A stretch of DNA of 64,000 nt from Eledone cirrhosa (lineage: Eukaryota), in NCBI GenBank assembly GCA_964016885.1, contig OZ024761.1, forward strand, positions 27,094,001 through 27,158,000, read 5' to 3'. The notes under the pieces are model-generated. The model saw nothing but the letters and a program-made list of their open reading frames with translations, made no database searches and was not told the DNA's origin. Each line of letters opens with the position of its first letter. Within the stretch, counting starts at the first letter, position 1. Made by a program: the position numbers and the translations under genes. Of the stretch, positions 10,101-25,001 are shown piece after piece.

Positions 10101-12395
10101 GTCATTTCAAATCGTGTTGAGAGTAACGGGAATAAGAAAAAATAAACCGTTTGCCGAAGTTTCTAAATTTGTTAAAAATAATAGCGAAATCTGTGTCCAA
10201 TGTATAATAAACCGGGACATTCACTGAACATGACGAATCTACTACAGATAGAAGACATCAGAAACGACCATCCTACCTGAAATATTATATGTTATTTTAA
10301 ATATATTTCTTTTACTATTATGTTTTCTTTTAAAAAGATTGAGTCTGAATAAAGTGTAGAAAACTACAATTTAACTGTTGTTATATCATTATATTTTAGA
10401 TTCAACTTAATAATAAAATCCCATATGTGTATAGATATAATGTGTGTGAAAATATAATAATAAACTAGTTATACACTAACGCAGACGACATAAGAAATGT
10501 TACCTCTAACGACCGACTGCCAAACAGACTATGGCTCAGATATACCGGTGTAAAGCTAAAAATGTTAACGGTGGAACAATTTCAGTTTACCCTTTTATAG
10601 ACACACTCCAGTCATTTCAAATTGTGTTCAAAGTACCGGGAATAAAATATACAAAAAAACATTTCCCGAAGTTTCTAAATCTGTTAAAGATAACAGCCAA
10701 ATCTCTCACTCTGTCTCCGATGTGTAATAAACGGTGACACACATATATATATAGAAAGAGAGAAACAGATATGTTTATATATATATATATATATGTGTGT
10801 ATATTAGTGAATATAATAGTATGTATATAAATATGCGTGTAATTAAATGTATATTATTCATATACAGGTATTCCGCTGTATTTGCGTGTGTTATGGTCCT
10901 AGAGTACCCGAGTATATTGAAAAACCGCGAACATTGGAGGTGGTCCATAAAAGTGCCTATAAACCTCAAAATATAACGTAAACTATAATAAACAATAGAG
11001 GGATCGCCTTTTGCGAAGGGGCGTCCAATAGACCGGCAAATACGATATATTGTGATTAGTAATTTAGCGTTAAAACAATATATATTGTCATGAAATATAT
11101 AAATAGTTTTGACTGCTCTTTCTAGCATGCTCTAGAAAAAACCGGAAGTGGAGAAAATTGAAAAACTTCTTCTTTTTCTTCCTCTAACTTTTCAAACAAA
11201 AGAAAATTTTATGTAAACAAAAACGAAATTTTTGCCACGAACGATAACTCGTCTCTGACTTAAATCCAAATTTTGGATAAAAAAAAGCGTGTATGAAGTT
11301 TTCATATACACACTTGTTATTACTAGCTAGTCCTTATTTTATTTTGTTTTGGGGTCTTTGACTCCTATTTCTAGCATGACAGACCTTTTCCTGTTGTTCA
11401 CTATGCATGTATGCATAAATACATGGATGTATGTACATATATATGTATATATGTATAAACTTTAATATAATCTTACAATAAATATTTGCTCTAGGGTATT
11501 TTATATATATATATATTATATACATAAAATCTTTATCGAGCTGTCTTCGGATTTTAGTTTTCACATTTATTATTACTATTTATATATATATAAATATATA
11601 TATGTATGCGTTTATATATGTATATGATTATATATACATTTATATAGATTTAACTGTATGGAAAAGTATGGTTATATAGATACCTGTATATATATATATA
11701 TTATAATATATATATATTTATATATATTTCTTTATATATATATGTGTGCATATATAAACACACACACACAAACACACACACACATATATATATATATATT
11801 TCTTTATACACTAGCAATATATTGAGTACATTTTATTTACTGTGGTTCCCATGGGCAGGGTGAGTCACAGCTAATTGCATCTACTACCCCGAGTAGAAGA
11901 TTTAACTGCTGTGTCTAGCAGGTTTGGAATCTAATATTTTTCAAACAAGTTTCCTTTACAACCTCCACTATGAACTTGATTTCAAATTACCGGGCAGTCG
12001 GTTGATAATGGTAAACTGAAATATCTACACCGGTAACTTAATTAGTGTTACACCGCTATTGTTCAAACATAATCTATTTGGCATTCCTTAACGAAAGGTA
12101 GTTTGTTGTGTCGTCTTCAATAGAGTATGTATACATACACGTATTCCTAAACAGTTTGACGTTTATTCATAAGAGGTAATGGTTTTATTTAGACCTCGTC
12201 TCTTTTAGAATATATATACTCACAACACATCCATAAATTAATGAATTTCTCTATAATATGATATTAACGTTTTTATTTTTTACGAAAAAGCGTATTGTAT
12301 ATGTAGTTATACATGCATTAAATTTAATATAAACACTCCGTTTGGGGCACAAATATTAATTATATTATTTTACATACACATCCATTATACAAAAA

Positions 12396-12434
<39 letters not shown>

Positions 12435-14229
12435 TTGTATCTTTGTGTAACTAGAATTACAGGTGATTCGCCCCACCTCCAAGTAATTGATACTGTGACA
12501 AGACGGTTTCAGTTGGGTTTTATTCCAGAATTAAAGCAACTGTAAATTGTAAATAAAATTATGAACGAAAACACTGTTGCAGCATACATATAAACTTTAT
12601 TGGCATATCAGAATTGTTTCAATATCGATATCTTTGGGTAGAATCATATATAGAAACAGAGATAGATTGATAGTGTGTGTGTTATTTTTCACCTGAAATC
12701 AATATGCAAGCTGGCCCTTGTGTCTTCATTTTAAAGCGACATATTTCTACCTCCCGGTGATTTGAACTCAGTTTCAAGTTAGTCGATGGTATAATGAAGC
12801 AGAGAGACTATAAAAACGCTACACCGGTGGCATATTTAGTTTTACACCGGTACGACGTGCATGAAAGAGGTAATGTTTTATTTGTCTTCTGTGTTACAGG
12901 ATAACACTAGTTTAATTTTTTTAATTTATCCTACATGTTTGTAATATATATTCTCAACATAGCTATGATTTTATCTCAATTAGTAATTTCAACTCTTCGG
13001 AGGTTACTGCTCACATTTCATCTCTTCCACTAAGACACTCTCCACAGATTTTCCTCTCCTCGTATCATCACCTAATGTTGTGTGAATCGCCACAAAGCCA
13101 AAGTTTCTCATTTCTAGCCCTTCTTGTCCAGAATGTCAGCTCCATGGAACTCCCTGTTTACTTCTTTCTGTAACAACAAGGTTTACAATACTTGAAGTAC
13201 ATTGAATTTGGTTTCGGTGTTTCTATAATAAAAACAAACCCACCCCAAGCGTGTGTGTATAATAAACGCAAGGTTTGACCGAACAAGAATATAAAAATTA
13301 TTCCTTCTGACATTTACATCTTTTACATGGTATTATATTTTCATCATTACAGTATCGATAAAATGAAGTATCAGTAAAGAACTGGGATTATTGCTCGTCT
13401 TATACTAAAAGTAAAAAGAATTATATTAAGGGGTTTATGTACATTAAACAATAAAATGACTACTACACTTAACGACACTTTGATATTAATAGACATATTA
13501 GTCTTCATAGTAACTTAAGAGTTTACTAGCTAGTTCATTTATGTGTGTTTGTCTTATCTGTAAAGAGAGTTTGAAATGGTATTGAAATGGTGTTGAATTG
13601 AAGCATGTTTATTTATATGCTGATAGTCATACCACGAGGAAGAGAAAAATAAAGCTTTAAATGGTATGACTACGTGTTCAAATTAAGCAAGTTTCTCATA
13701 GTATGAGGATAAAAAAAAATTAACGTTATAATAAGTTGATTCGAAAGCCAACCACTGCATTCCCTAGTTCTATGTCTTACCACTAGACTATAAGGACCTA
13801 GACAATTTTTGTGTGAATCTATATCTATATAAACTTATTTTCAGTCTAACAATAAAATAGCTTTAAATGTGTTAATTTTCACTACATATTTGTTGATCTG
13901 TAGGTGGGCGTGTGGGTAGTAGTGGTTTATCTATGCATGCTTTATGTATGTATAGATTGGGGGTAGTGTTTCAATCTTCTTTATCTAAAATTAAAAGTAT
14001 TTATATTTTTTTTAAATTAAAAGAACGATCTCTATCTTCTGGGCTACCCGGGGCCACTATTATCTCGAAGCCACCTTTTTAGTTCCCCCTACGCTCGAAC
14101 CTTCACTACCTAGCTACACAACCATTACCTACGATACAACATCACTTTACCACACGTCTACCAAGCTGCCGTAATTCTACTGTGCAAATTTGATATATTT
14201 AAATCTAATTTAGCATTTCTTCATTGAAG
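7129..14229. repeat. Array unit 2
   Basis: Colinear with unit 1. Expanded poly-C at ~9959-9973. Confidence 0.95.
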
Positions 14230-16546
14230 AACCATTTAGGGTTTACGGCATAAGTGAAAAAAAAAATATTTACTATTTCATTAGCTCTGGCAGGTATCGA
14301 AAACCTCATATATAGATTCATTTTAATTTCACCTACGTCAGAATCACGCATACATATTATTAATTTAAAAAAAAAAAAAAAATCATTTTCAGCGACAAAA
14401 TACATACATCGATAGGGTTTCAAATCTGAGAAATACCTCCACTCGAGATATGTGTGTGTGTGTTTGTGTATATTTTTATTATTATTCTGAACTGTAGTTT
14501 TAATTAAAAAAATATATATTATACTATTTCCTGTGTCCTCGCAGATATTGCAACTACATCTCTCTAGATTCATTTAAATACATTGCATTTGACTTACGTG
14601 AAATTAAGTATCATATAATTACTTTTTCAAATTTTGTTTTCAAGTATCAAAATAAAAATACATTAGTAAGGTTTTCCACCTCATAAATGTGTGGTGGTTA
14701 TAGACACTTAACTATTGTTATAGGGCTGTCGTATTTACAACTATGTGGGCATGTAATCCTTCCATCCTGCTGGTCTAAAAACAGCCAATTTATTTTTCCA
14801 GAGAGATACATTTATTATGACTTTAAACGCTAATTTTGCACTTCACTTATGATTCCTTTTTCTTCTCTTTAGATTGAATAAACAAAACCTTTTTCCGTCT
14901 ACAATTATATTCAACGTAGCTCATAGTCTTCACAGTAAAGATTATGCTACATCTCATTCAAGCTGGGATGATAGTAACCACAAAGTAAAGTGTTTAGCTC
15001 AACATTTATTCCGTAGTAAGTGTCATAAGAAAGGTTTGTATGTCTAAAAACCTAACAAGTAGATTTCAAATTTATTGCTAATTAAACAAAAGTTTAAAAT
15101 AATCCATACTAAAGCCACAACCATTTATTATCTACGTCTCACCCGAAGAAAAAAAACGATCAAATTATTACGAGGAGTGTAGACAGATGGATAAAGCTAA
15201 TAAACAATTAATTTATACATATGCATGTACGTATTGTGTTTAAATATACTCCAACACAGACGGTGCCTACGAAAAACATAACATTACCGCCTATGAACAA
15301 ATTTTGGCGTAATACTTACTAAATCTATTTTACCATTTGCTTAATGAACAAGCACATACATTGTTTGATATAATGAAAAAAAAAATATATATATATACAT
15401 ATTACTATTTCATAAGCTCTGGCAGGTATCGAAAACCTCATATATAGATTTATTTTAATTTCACTTACGTCGAAAACATATACATAATTATTTTTTTATA
15501 ATTTATCGATTGGGTTTCCAATCTCAGAAATATCTCCACTAGAGATGTGTGTGTTTCTCTTTATTATTCCTTTGAAATGATTTTTAGTCCTGGTAGATGT
15601 TGAAATCCCATCAATAGATTCATTTAAATATATTTTATTTGACTTACGTGAATTTAAAAAATGATATAATTATCTTTAAAATTTTCCTTTCCAGTACAAA
15701 AATAAAAATACATTAGTATGTATTTCAGTCACACAAATGCGTTGGTTTCATAGACACTTAACTATTGTTGCAGGGATGCCGTAATTAGCGTCATGTGGGC
15801 ATTTATACTACCCGGCTGAGACAATCCCAGCCTCCTAGTATACAAATAGCCGATTAATTTTGCGAGAGAGAAAGAGATACTTTTATTATGTCTTTAAACG
15901 TTACTTTTGCGATTGAACTTTTCCTTTTTCCTCCCTTTAGACTGAATAAACCCAAACATTTTACGGCTACAATTCTATTCAACATTACGATATCTGCTTC
16001 AATCTGTTATTGGTGTGGTGGAGGAGTAGAACAAAATAAAATGTCGAGTTAATTATTTACTCCGTAAAAAGTGTCAAACGGTGGCACACTGGTATAAGAT
16101 TTGGTGGTATAAACAAACTAACAAATAGATTTCAAATTTATCGGTAGCTAAACAAAACTTTAAAATAAGCAATAATGAAGACAATTCAGACCAAATCTCA
16201 CTTCCATATTAGCCTTTCAATTCAGTAGACCCTAATTACTTTATTAATAATCACAAAACAAGGCCACTTATTGACACGAGTCCAGACAAAATATTCATTT
16301 AACAAGAATTACTACAACGATAGTGCAAGAAAATCGTTGTTTCTAAATCAGAGAACGTTTCTATAACAAACACAAGCGTATTAAAAGTAACAAGAATATT
16401 CATATTGCATAGAACCAGGAAATAACTGCTATCAAATAGATGTTCTAGTGGCTAAGAACTTAATAGTTCCAGTTGTAATTGTGTTACACATTCAGTAAGT
16501 ATTTGCTAATTGAAATTATACTTTAAGGTATACTAAACTCACAAAC

Positions 16547-16581
<35 letters not shown>

Positions 16582-19497
16582 TCAGCCAAATTAAAGAACG
16601 TAAACATTATTACAAGTAGTGTAAACATGAATTAAAGAACATAAATGTACCACCAAGAAGGCTGCCTCAAGTTATGCACTTCAAGAAGAAATACAACATA
16701 TGCTTACGTCTACGACATAATTATGGCTGGAAAGGACATTCATTGAACATGAAGAATCTACTAGAGATAGAAGACAACAGAAACGAATATTTGTTATGAT
16801 ATTAAATATATTTCTTATACTGTCATGGCTTTTCTTTAAAACGTTTGAATCTCAATAAGGTGGAACAGATATTAAATACATTTGTTATATCATTATACTT
16901 TATCTTTAACTTTACTTATTATTTCTAACTCTTATTAGAAAGAATACAAACTTAAAATCCTATATCTGTATAAATATGTGTGTTTGTAATAAAGTAAATA
17001 ATAATATGCATGTTGACGAGTTGTAAAAACCAAGGAAGTCAATCTACAGTTCTACACTAACTCAGACGCCCCACCGCCCACAAAAATAGACATGTTTCGT
17101 CTAATAAACGAATGTCAAATAATTGTTTCGGAAATACCGATGTAACACTAAATATATTACCGGTGCAACTATGTCAATTAAGCCTTTTATAAACTCACTC
17201 TAGTCATTTCAAATCGTGTTGAGAGTAACGGGAATAAGAAAAAATAAACCGTTTGCCGAAGTTTCTAAATTTGTTAAAAATAATAGCGAAATCTGTGTCC
17301 AATGTATAATAAACCGGGACATTCACTGAACATGACGAATCTACTACAGATAGAAGACATCAGAAACGACCATCCTACCTGAAATATTAAATGTTATTTT
17401 AAATATATTTCTTTTACTATTATGTTTTTTTTAAAAAAGATTGAGTCTGAATAAAGTGTAGAAAACTACAATTTAACTGTTGTTATATCATTATATTTTA
17501 GATTCAACTTAATAATAAAATCCCATATGTGTATAGATATAATGTGTGTGAAAATATAATAATAAACTAGTTATACACTAACGCAGACGACATAAGAAAT
17601 GTTACCTCTAACGACCGACTGCCAAACAGACTATGGCTCAGATATACCGGTGTAAAGCTAAAAATGTTAACGGTGGAACAATTTCAGTTTACCCTTTTAT
17701 AGACACACTCCAGTCATTTCAAATTGTGTTCAAAGTACCGGGAATAAAATATACAAAAAAACATTTCCCGAAGTTTCTAAATCTGTTAAAGATAACAGCC
17801 AAATCTCTCACTCTGTCTCCGATGTGTAATAAACGGTGACACACATATATATATAGAAAGAGAGAAACAGATATGTTTATATATATATATATATATGTGT
17901 GTATATTAGTGAATATAATAGTATGTATATAAATATGCGTGTAATTAAATGTATATTATTCATATACAGGTATTCCGCTGTATTTGCGTGTGTTATGGTC
18001 CTAGAGTACCCGAGTATATTGAAAAACCGCGAACATTGGAGGTGGTCCATAAAAGTGCCTATAAACCTCAAAATATAACGTAAACTATAATAAACAATAG
18101 AGGGATCGCCTTTTGCGAAGGGGCGTCCAATAGACCGGCAAATACGATATATTGTGATTAGTAATTTAGCGTTAAAACAATATATATTGTCATGAAATAT
18201 ATAAATAGATTTGACTGCTCTTTCTAGCATGCTCTAGAAAAAACCGGAAGTGGAGAAAATTGAAAAACTTCTTCTTTTTCTTCCTCTAACTTTTCAAACA
18301 AAAGAAAATTTTATGTAAACAAAAACGAAATTTTTGCCACGAACGATAACTCGTCTCTGACTTAAATCCAAATTTTGGATAAAAAAAAGCGTGTATGAAG
18401 TTTTCATATACACACTTGTTATTACTAGCTAGTCCTTATTTTATTTTGTTTTGGGGTCTTTGACTCCTATTTCTAGCATGACAGACCTTTTCCTGTTGTT
18501 CACTATGCATGTATGCATAAATACATGGATGTATGTACATATATATGTATATATGTATAAACTTTAATATAATCTTACAATAAATATTTGCTCTAGGGTA
18601 TTTTATATATATATATATTATATACATAAAATCTTTATCGAGCTGTCTTCGGATTTTAGTTTTCACATTTATTATTACTATTTATATATATATAAATATA
18701 TATATGTATGCGTTTATATATGTATATGATTATATATACATTTATATAGATTTAACTGTATGGAAAAGTATGGTTATATAGATACCTGTATATATATATA
18801 TATTATAATATATATATATTTATATATATTTCTTTATATATATATGTGTGCATATATAAACACACACACACAAACACACACACACATATATATATTTATA
18901 TTTCTTTATACACTAGCAATATATTGAGTACATTTTATTTACTGTGGTTCCCATGGGCAGGGTGAGTCACAGCTAATTGCATCTACTACCCCGAGTAGAA
19001 GATTTAACTGCTGTGTCTAGCAGGTTTGGAATCTAATATTTTTCAAACAAGTTTCCTTTACAACCTCCACTATGAACTTGATTTCAAATTACCGGGCAGT
19101 CGGTTGATAATGGTAAACTGAAATATCTACACCGGTAACTTAATTAGTGTTACACCGCTATTGTTCAAACATAATCTATTTGGCATTCCTTAACGAAAGG
19201 TAGTTTGTTGTGTCGTCTTCAATAGAGTATGTATACATACACGTATTCCTAAACAGTTTGACGTTTATTCATAAGAGGTAATGGTTTTATTTAGACCTCG
19301 TCTCTTTTAGAATATATATACTCACAACACATCCATAAATTAATGAATTTCTCTATAATATGATATTAACGTTTTTATTTTTTACGAAAAAGCGTATTGT
19401 ATATGTAGTTATACATGCATTAAATTTAATATAAACACTCCGTTTGGGGCACAAATATTAATTATATTATTTTACATACACATCCATTATACAAAAA

Positions 19498-19536
<39 letters not shown>

Positions 19537-21332
19537 TTGTATCTTTGTGTAACTAGAATTACAGGTGATTCGCCCCACCTCCAAGTAATTGATACTGTGA
19601 CAAGACGGTTTCAGTTGGGTTTTATTCCAGAATTAAAGCAACTGTAAATTGTAAATAAAATTATGAACGAAAACACTGTTGCAGCATACATATAAACTTT
19701 ATTGGCATATCAGAATTGTTTCAATATCGATATCTTTGGGTAGAATCATATATAGAAACAGAGATAGATTGATAGTGTGTGTGTTATTTTTCACCTGAAA
19801 TCAATATGCAAGCTGGCCCTTGTGTCTTCATTTTAAAGCGACATATTTCTACCTCCCGGTGATTTGAACTCAGTTTCAAGTTAGTCGATGGTATAATGAA
19901 GCAGAGAGACTATAAAAACGCTACACCGGTGGCATATTTAGTTTTACACCGGTACGACGTGCATGAAAGAGGTAATGTTTTATTTGTCTTCTGTGTTACA
20001 GGATAACACTAGTTTAATTTTTTTAATTTATCCTACATGTTTGTAATATATATTCTCAACATAGCTATGATTTTATCTCAATTAGTAATTTCAACTCTTC
20101 GGAGGTTACTGCTCACATTTCATCTCTTCCACTAAGACACTCTCCACAGATTTTCCTCTCCTCGTATCATCACCTAATGTTGTGTGAATCGCCACAAAGC
20201 CAAAGTTTCTCATTTCTCGCCCTTCTTGTCCAGAATGTCAGCTCCATGGAACTCCCTGTTTACTTCTTTCTGTAACAACAAGGTTTACAATACTTGAAGT
20301 ACATTGAATTTGGTTTCGGTGTTTCTATAATAAAAACAAACCCACCCCAAGCGTGTGTGTATAATAAACGCAAGGTTTGACCGAACAAGAATATAAAAAT
20401 TATTCCTTCTGACATTTACATCTTTTACATGGTATTATATTTTCATCATTACAGTATCGAGAAAATGAAGTATCAGTAAAGAACTGGGATTATTGATGGA
20501 ATTATACTAAAAGTAAAAAGAATTATATTAAGGGGTTTATGTACATTAAACAATAAAATGACTACTACACTTAACGACACTTTGATATTAATAGACATAT
20601 TAGTCTTCATAGTAACTTAAGAGTTTACTAGCTAGTTCATTTATGTGTGTTTGTCTTATCTGTAAAGAGAGTTTGAAATGGTATTGAAATGGTGTTGAAT
20701 TGAAGCATGTTTATTTATATGCTGATAGTCATACCACGAGGAAGAGAAAAATAAAGCTTTAAATGGTATGACTACGTGTTCAAATTAAGCAAGTTTCTCA
20801 TAGTATGAGGATAAAAAAAAAATTAACGTTATAATAAGTTGATTCGAAAGCCAACCACTGCATTCCCTAGTTCTATGTCTTACCACTAGACTATAAGGAC
20901 CTAGACAATTTTTGTGTGAATCTATATCTATATAAACTTATTTTCAGTCTAACAATAAAATAGCTTTAAATGTGTTAATTTTCACTACATATTTGTTGAT
21001 CTGTAGGTGGGCGTGTGGGTAGTAGTGGTTTATCTATGCATGCTTTATGTATGTATAGATTGGGGGTAGTGTTTCAATCTTCTTTATCTAAAATTAAAAG
21101 TATTTATATTTTTTTTAAATTAAAAGAACGATCTCTATCTTCTGGGCTACCCGGGGCCACTATTATCTCGAAGCCACCTTTTTAGTTCCCCCTACGCTCG
21201 AACCTTCACTACCTAGCTACACAACCATTACCTACGATACAACATCACTTTACCACACGTCTACCAAGCTGCCGTAATTCTACTGTGCAAATTTGATATA
21301 TTTAAATCTAATTTAGCATTTCTTCATTGAAG
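14230..21332. repeat. Array unit 3
   Basis: Colinear with unit 1. Confidence 0.95.
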
Positions 21333-24300
21333 AACCATTTAGGGTTTACGGCATAAGTGAAAAAAAAAATATTTACTATTTCATTAGCTCTGGCAGGTAT
21401 CGAAAACCTCATATATAGATTCATTTTAATTTCACCTACGTCAGAATCACGCATACATATTATTAATTTAAAAAAAAAAAAAAAATCATTTTCAGCGACA
21501 AAATACATACATCGATGGGGTTTCAAATCTGAGAAATACCTCCACTCGAGATATGTGTGTGTGTGTTTGTGTATATTTTTATTATTATTCTGAACTGTAG
21601 TTTTAATTAAAAAAATATATATTATACTATTTCCTGTGTCCTCGCAGATATTGCAACTACATCTCTCTAGATTCATTTAAATACATTGCATTTGACTTAC
21701 GTGAAATTAAGTATCATATAATTACTTTTTCAAATTTTGTTTTCAAGTATCAAAATAAAAATACATTAGTAAGGTTTTCCACCTCATAAATGTGTGGTGG
21801 TTATAGACACTTAACTATTGTTATAGGGCTGTCGTATTTACAACTATGTGGGCATGTAATCCTTCCATCCTGCTGGTCTAAAAACAGCCAATTTATTTTT
21901 CCAGAGAGATACATTTATTATGACTTTAAACGCTAATTTTGCACTTCACTTATGATTCCATTTTCTTCTCTTTAGATTGAATAAACAAAACCTTTTTCCG
22001 TCTACAATTATATTCAACGTAGCTCATAGTCTTCACAGTAAAGATTATGCTACATCTCATTCAAGCTGGGATGATAGTAACCACAAAGTAAAGTGTTTAG
22101 CTCAACATTTATTCCGTAGTAAGTGTCATAAGAAAGGTTTGTATGTCTAAAAACCTAACAAGTAGATTTCAAATTTATTGCTAATTAAACAAAAGTTTAA
22201 AATAATCCATACTAAAGCCACAACCATTTATTATCTACGTCTCACCCGAAGAAAAAAAACGATCAAATTATTACGAGGAGTGTAGACAGATGGATAAAGC
22301 TAATAAACAATTAATTTATACATATGCATGTACGTATTGTGTTTAAATATACTCCAACACAGACGGTGCCTACGAAAAACATAACATTACCGCCTATGAA
22401 CAAATTTTGGCGTAATACTTACTAAATCTATTTTACCATTTGCTTAATGAACAAGCACATACATTGTTTGATATAATGAAAAAAAAAAAAATATATATAT
22501 ACATATTACTATTTCATAAGCTCTGGCAGGTATCGAAAACCTCATATATAGATTTATTTTAATTTCACTTACGTCGAAAACATATACATAATTATTTTTT
22601 TATAATTTATCGATTGGGTTTCCAATCTCAGAAATATATCCACTAGAGATGTGTGTGTTTCTCTTTATTATTCCTTTGAAATGATTTTTAGTCCTGGTAG
22701 ATGTTGAAATCCCATCAATAGATTCATTTAAATATATTTTATTTGACTTACGTGAATTTAAAAAATGATATAATTATCTTTAAAATTTTCCTTTCCAGTA
22801 CAAAAATAAAAATACATTAGTATGTATTTCAGTCACACAAATGCGTTGGTTTCATAGACACTTAACTATTGTTGCAGGGATGCCGTAATTAGCGTCATGT
22901 GGGCATTTATACTACCCGGCTGAGACAATCCCAGCCTCCTAGTATACAAATAGCCGATTAATTTTGCGAGAGAGAAAGAGATACTTTTATTATGTCTTTA
23001 AACGTTACTTTTGCGATTGAACTTTTCCTTTTTCCTCCCTTTAGACTGAATAAACCCAAACATTTTACGGCTACAATTCTATTCAACATTACGATATCTG
23101 CTTCAATCTGTTATTGGTGTGGTGGAGGAGTAGAACAAAATAAAATGTCGAGTTAATTATTTACTCCGTAAAAAGTGTCAAACGGTGGCACACTGGTATA
23201 AGATTTGGTGGTATAAACAAACTAACAAATAGATTTCAAATTTATCGGTAGCTAAACAAAACTTTAAAATAAGCAATAATGAAGACAATTCAGACCAAAT
23301 CTCACTTCCATATTAGCCTTTCAATTCAGTAGACCCTAATTACTTTATTAATAATCACAAAACAAGGCCACTTATTGACACGAGTCCAGACAAAATATTC
23401 ATTTAACAAGAATTACTACAACGATAGTGCAAGAAAATCGTTGTTTCTAAATCAGAGAACGTTTCTATAACAAACACAAGCGTATTAAAAGTAACAAGAA
23501 TATTCATATTGCATAGAACCAGGAAATAACTGCTATCAAATAGATGTTCTAGTGGCTAAGAACTTAATAGTTCCAGTTGTAATTGTGTTACACATTCAGT
23601 AAGTATTTGCTAATTGAAATTATACTTTAAGGTATACTAAACTCACAAACGTTTATATATATATATATATATATGCCTCAGCCAAATTAAAGAACGTAAA
23701 CATTATTACAAGTAGTGTAAACATGAATTAAAGAACATAAATGTACCACCAAGAAGGCTGCCTCAAGTTATGCACTTCAAGAAGAAATACAACATATGCT
23801 TACGTCTACGACATAATTATGGCTGGAAAGGACATTCATTGAACATGAAGAATCTACTAGAGATAGAAGACAACAGAAACGAATATTTGTTATGATATTA
23901 AATATATTTCTTATACTGTCATGGCTTTTCTTTAAAACGTTTGAATCTCAAGGTGGAACAGATATTAAATACATTTGTTATATCATTATACTTTATCTTT
24001 AACTTTACTTATTATTTCTAACTCTTATTAGAAAGAATACAAACTTAAAATCCTATATCTGTATAAATATGTGTGTTTGTAATAAAGTAAATAATAATAT
24101 GCATGTTGACGAGTTGTAAAAACCAAGGAAGTCAATCTACAGTTCTACACTAACTCAGACGCCCCACCGCCCACAAAAATAGACATGTTTCGTCTAATAA
24201 ACGAATGTCAAATAATTGTTTCGGAAATACCGATGTAACACTAAATATATTACCGGTGCAACTATGTCAATTAAGCCTTTTATAAACTCACTCTAGTCAT

Positions 24301-24970
24301 TTCAAATCGTGTTGAGAGTAACGGGAATAAGAAAAAATAAACCGTTTGCCGAAGTTTCTAAATTTGTTAAAAATAATAGCGAAATCTGTGTCCAATGTAT
24401 AATAAACCGGGACATTCACTGAACATGACGAATCTACTACAGATAGAAGACATCAGAAACGACCATCCTACCTGAAATATTAAATGTTATTTTAAATATA
24501 TTTCTTTTACTATTATGTTTTTTTTAAAAAAGATTGAGTCTGAATAAAGTGTAGAAAACTACAATTTAACTGTTGTTATATCATTATATTTTAGATTCAA
24601 CTTAATAATAAAATCCCATATGTGTATAGATATAATGTGTGTGAAAATATAATAATAAACTAGTTATACACTAACGCAGACGACATAAGAAATGTTACCT
24701 CTAACGACCGACTGCCAAACAGACTATGGCTCAGATATACCGGTGTAAAGCTAAAAATGTTAACGGTGGAACAATTTCAGTTTACCCTTTTATAGACACA
24801 CTCCAGTCATTTCAAATTGTGTTCAAAGTACCGGGAATAAAATATACAAAAAAACATTTCCCGAAGTTTCTAAATCTGTTAAAGATAACAGCCAAATCTC
24901 TCACTCTGTCTCCGATGTGTAATAAACGGTGACACACATATATATATAGAAAGAGAGAAACAGATATGTT

Positions 24971-25001
<31 letters not shown>

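Noticed and set aside
14205-14573. 122-aa minus ORF MNLERCSC...FFFFFK
   Set aside because: Open or broken depending on the length of a poly-A tract in each unit, with no protein-like composition.
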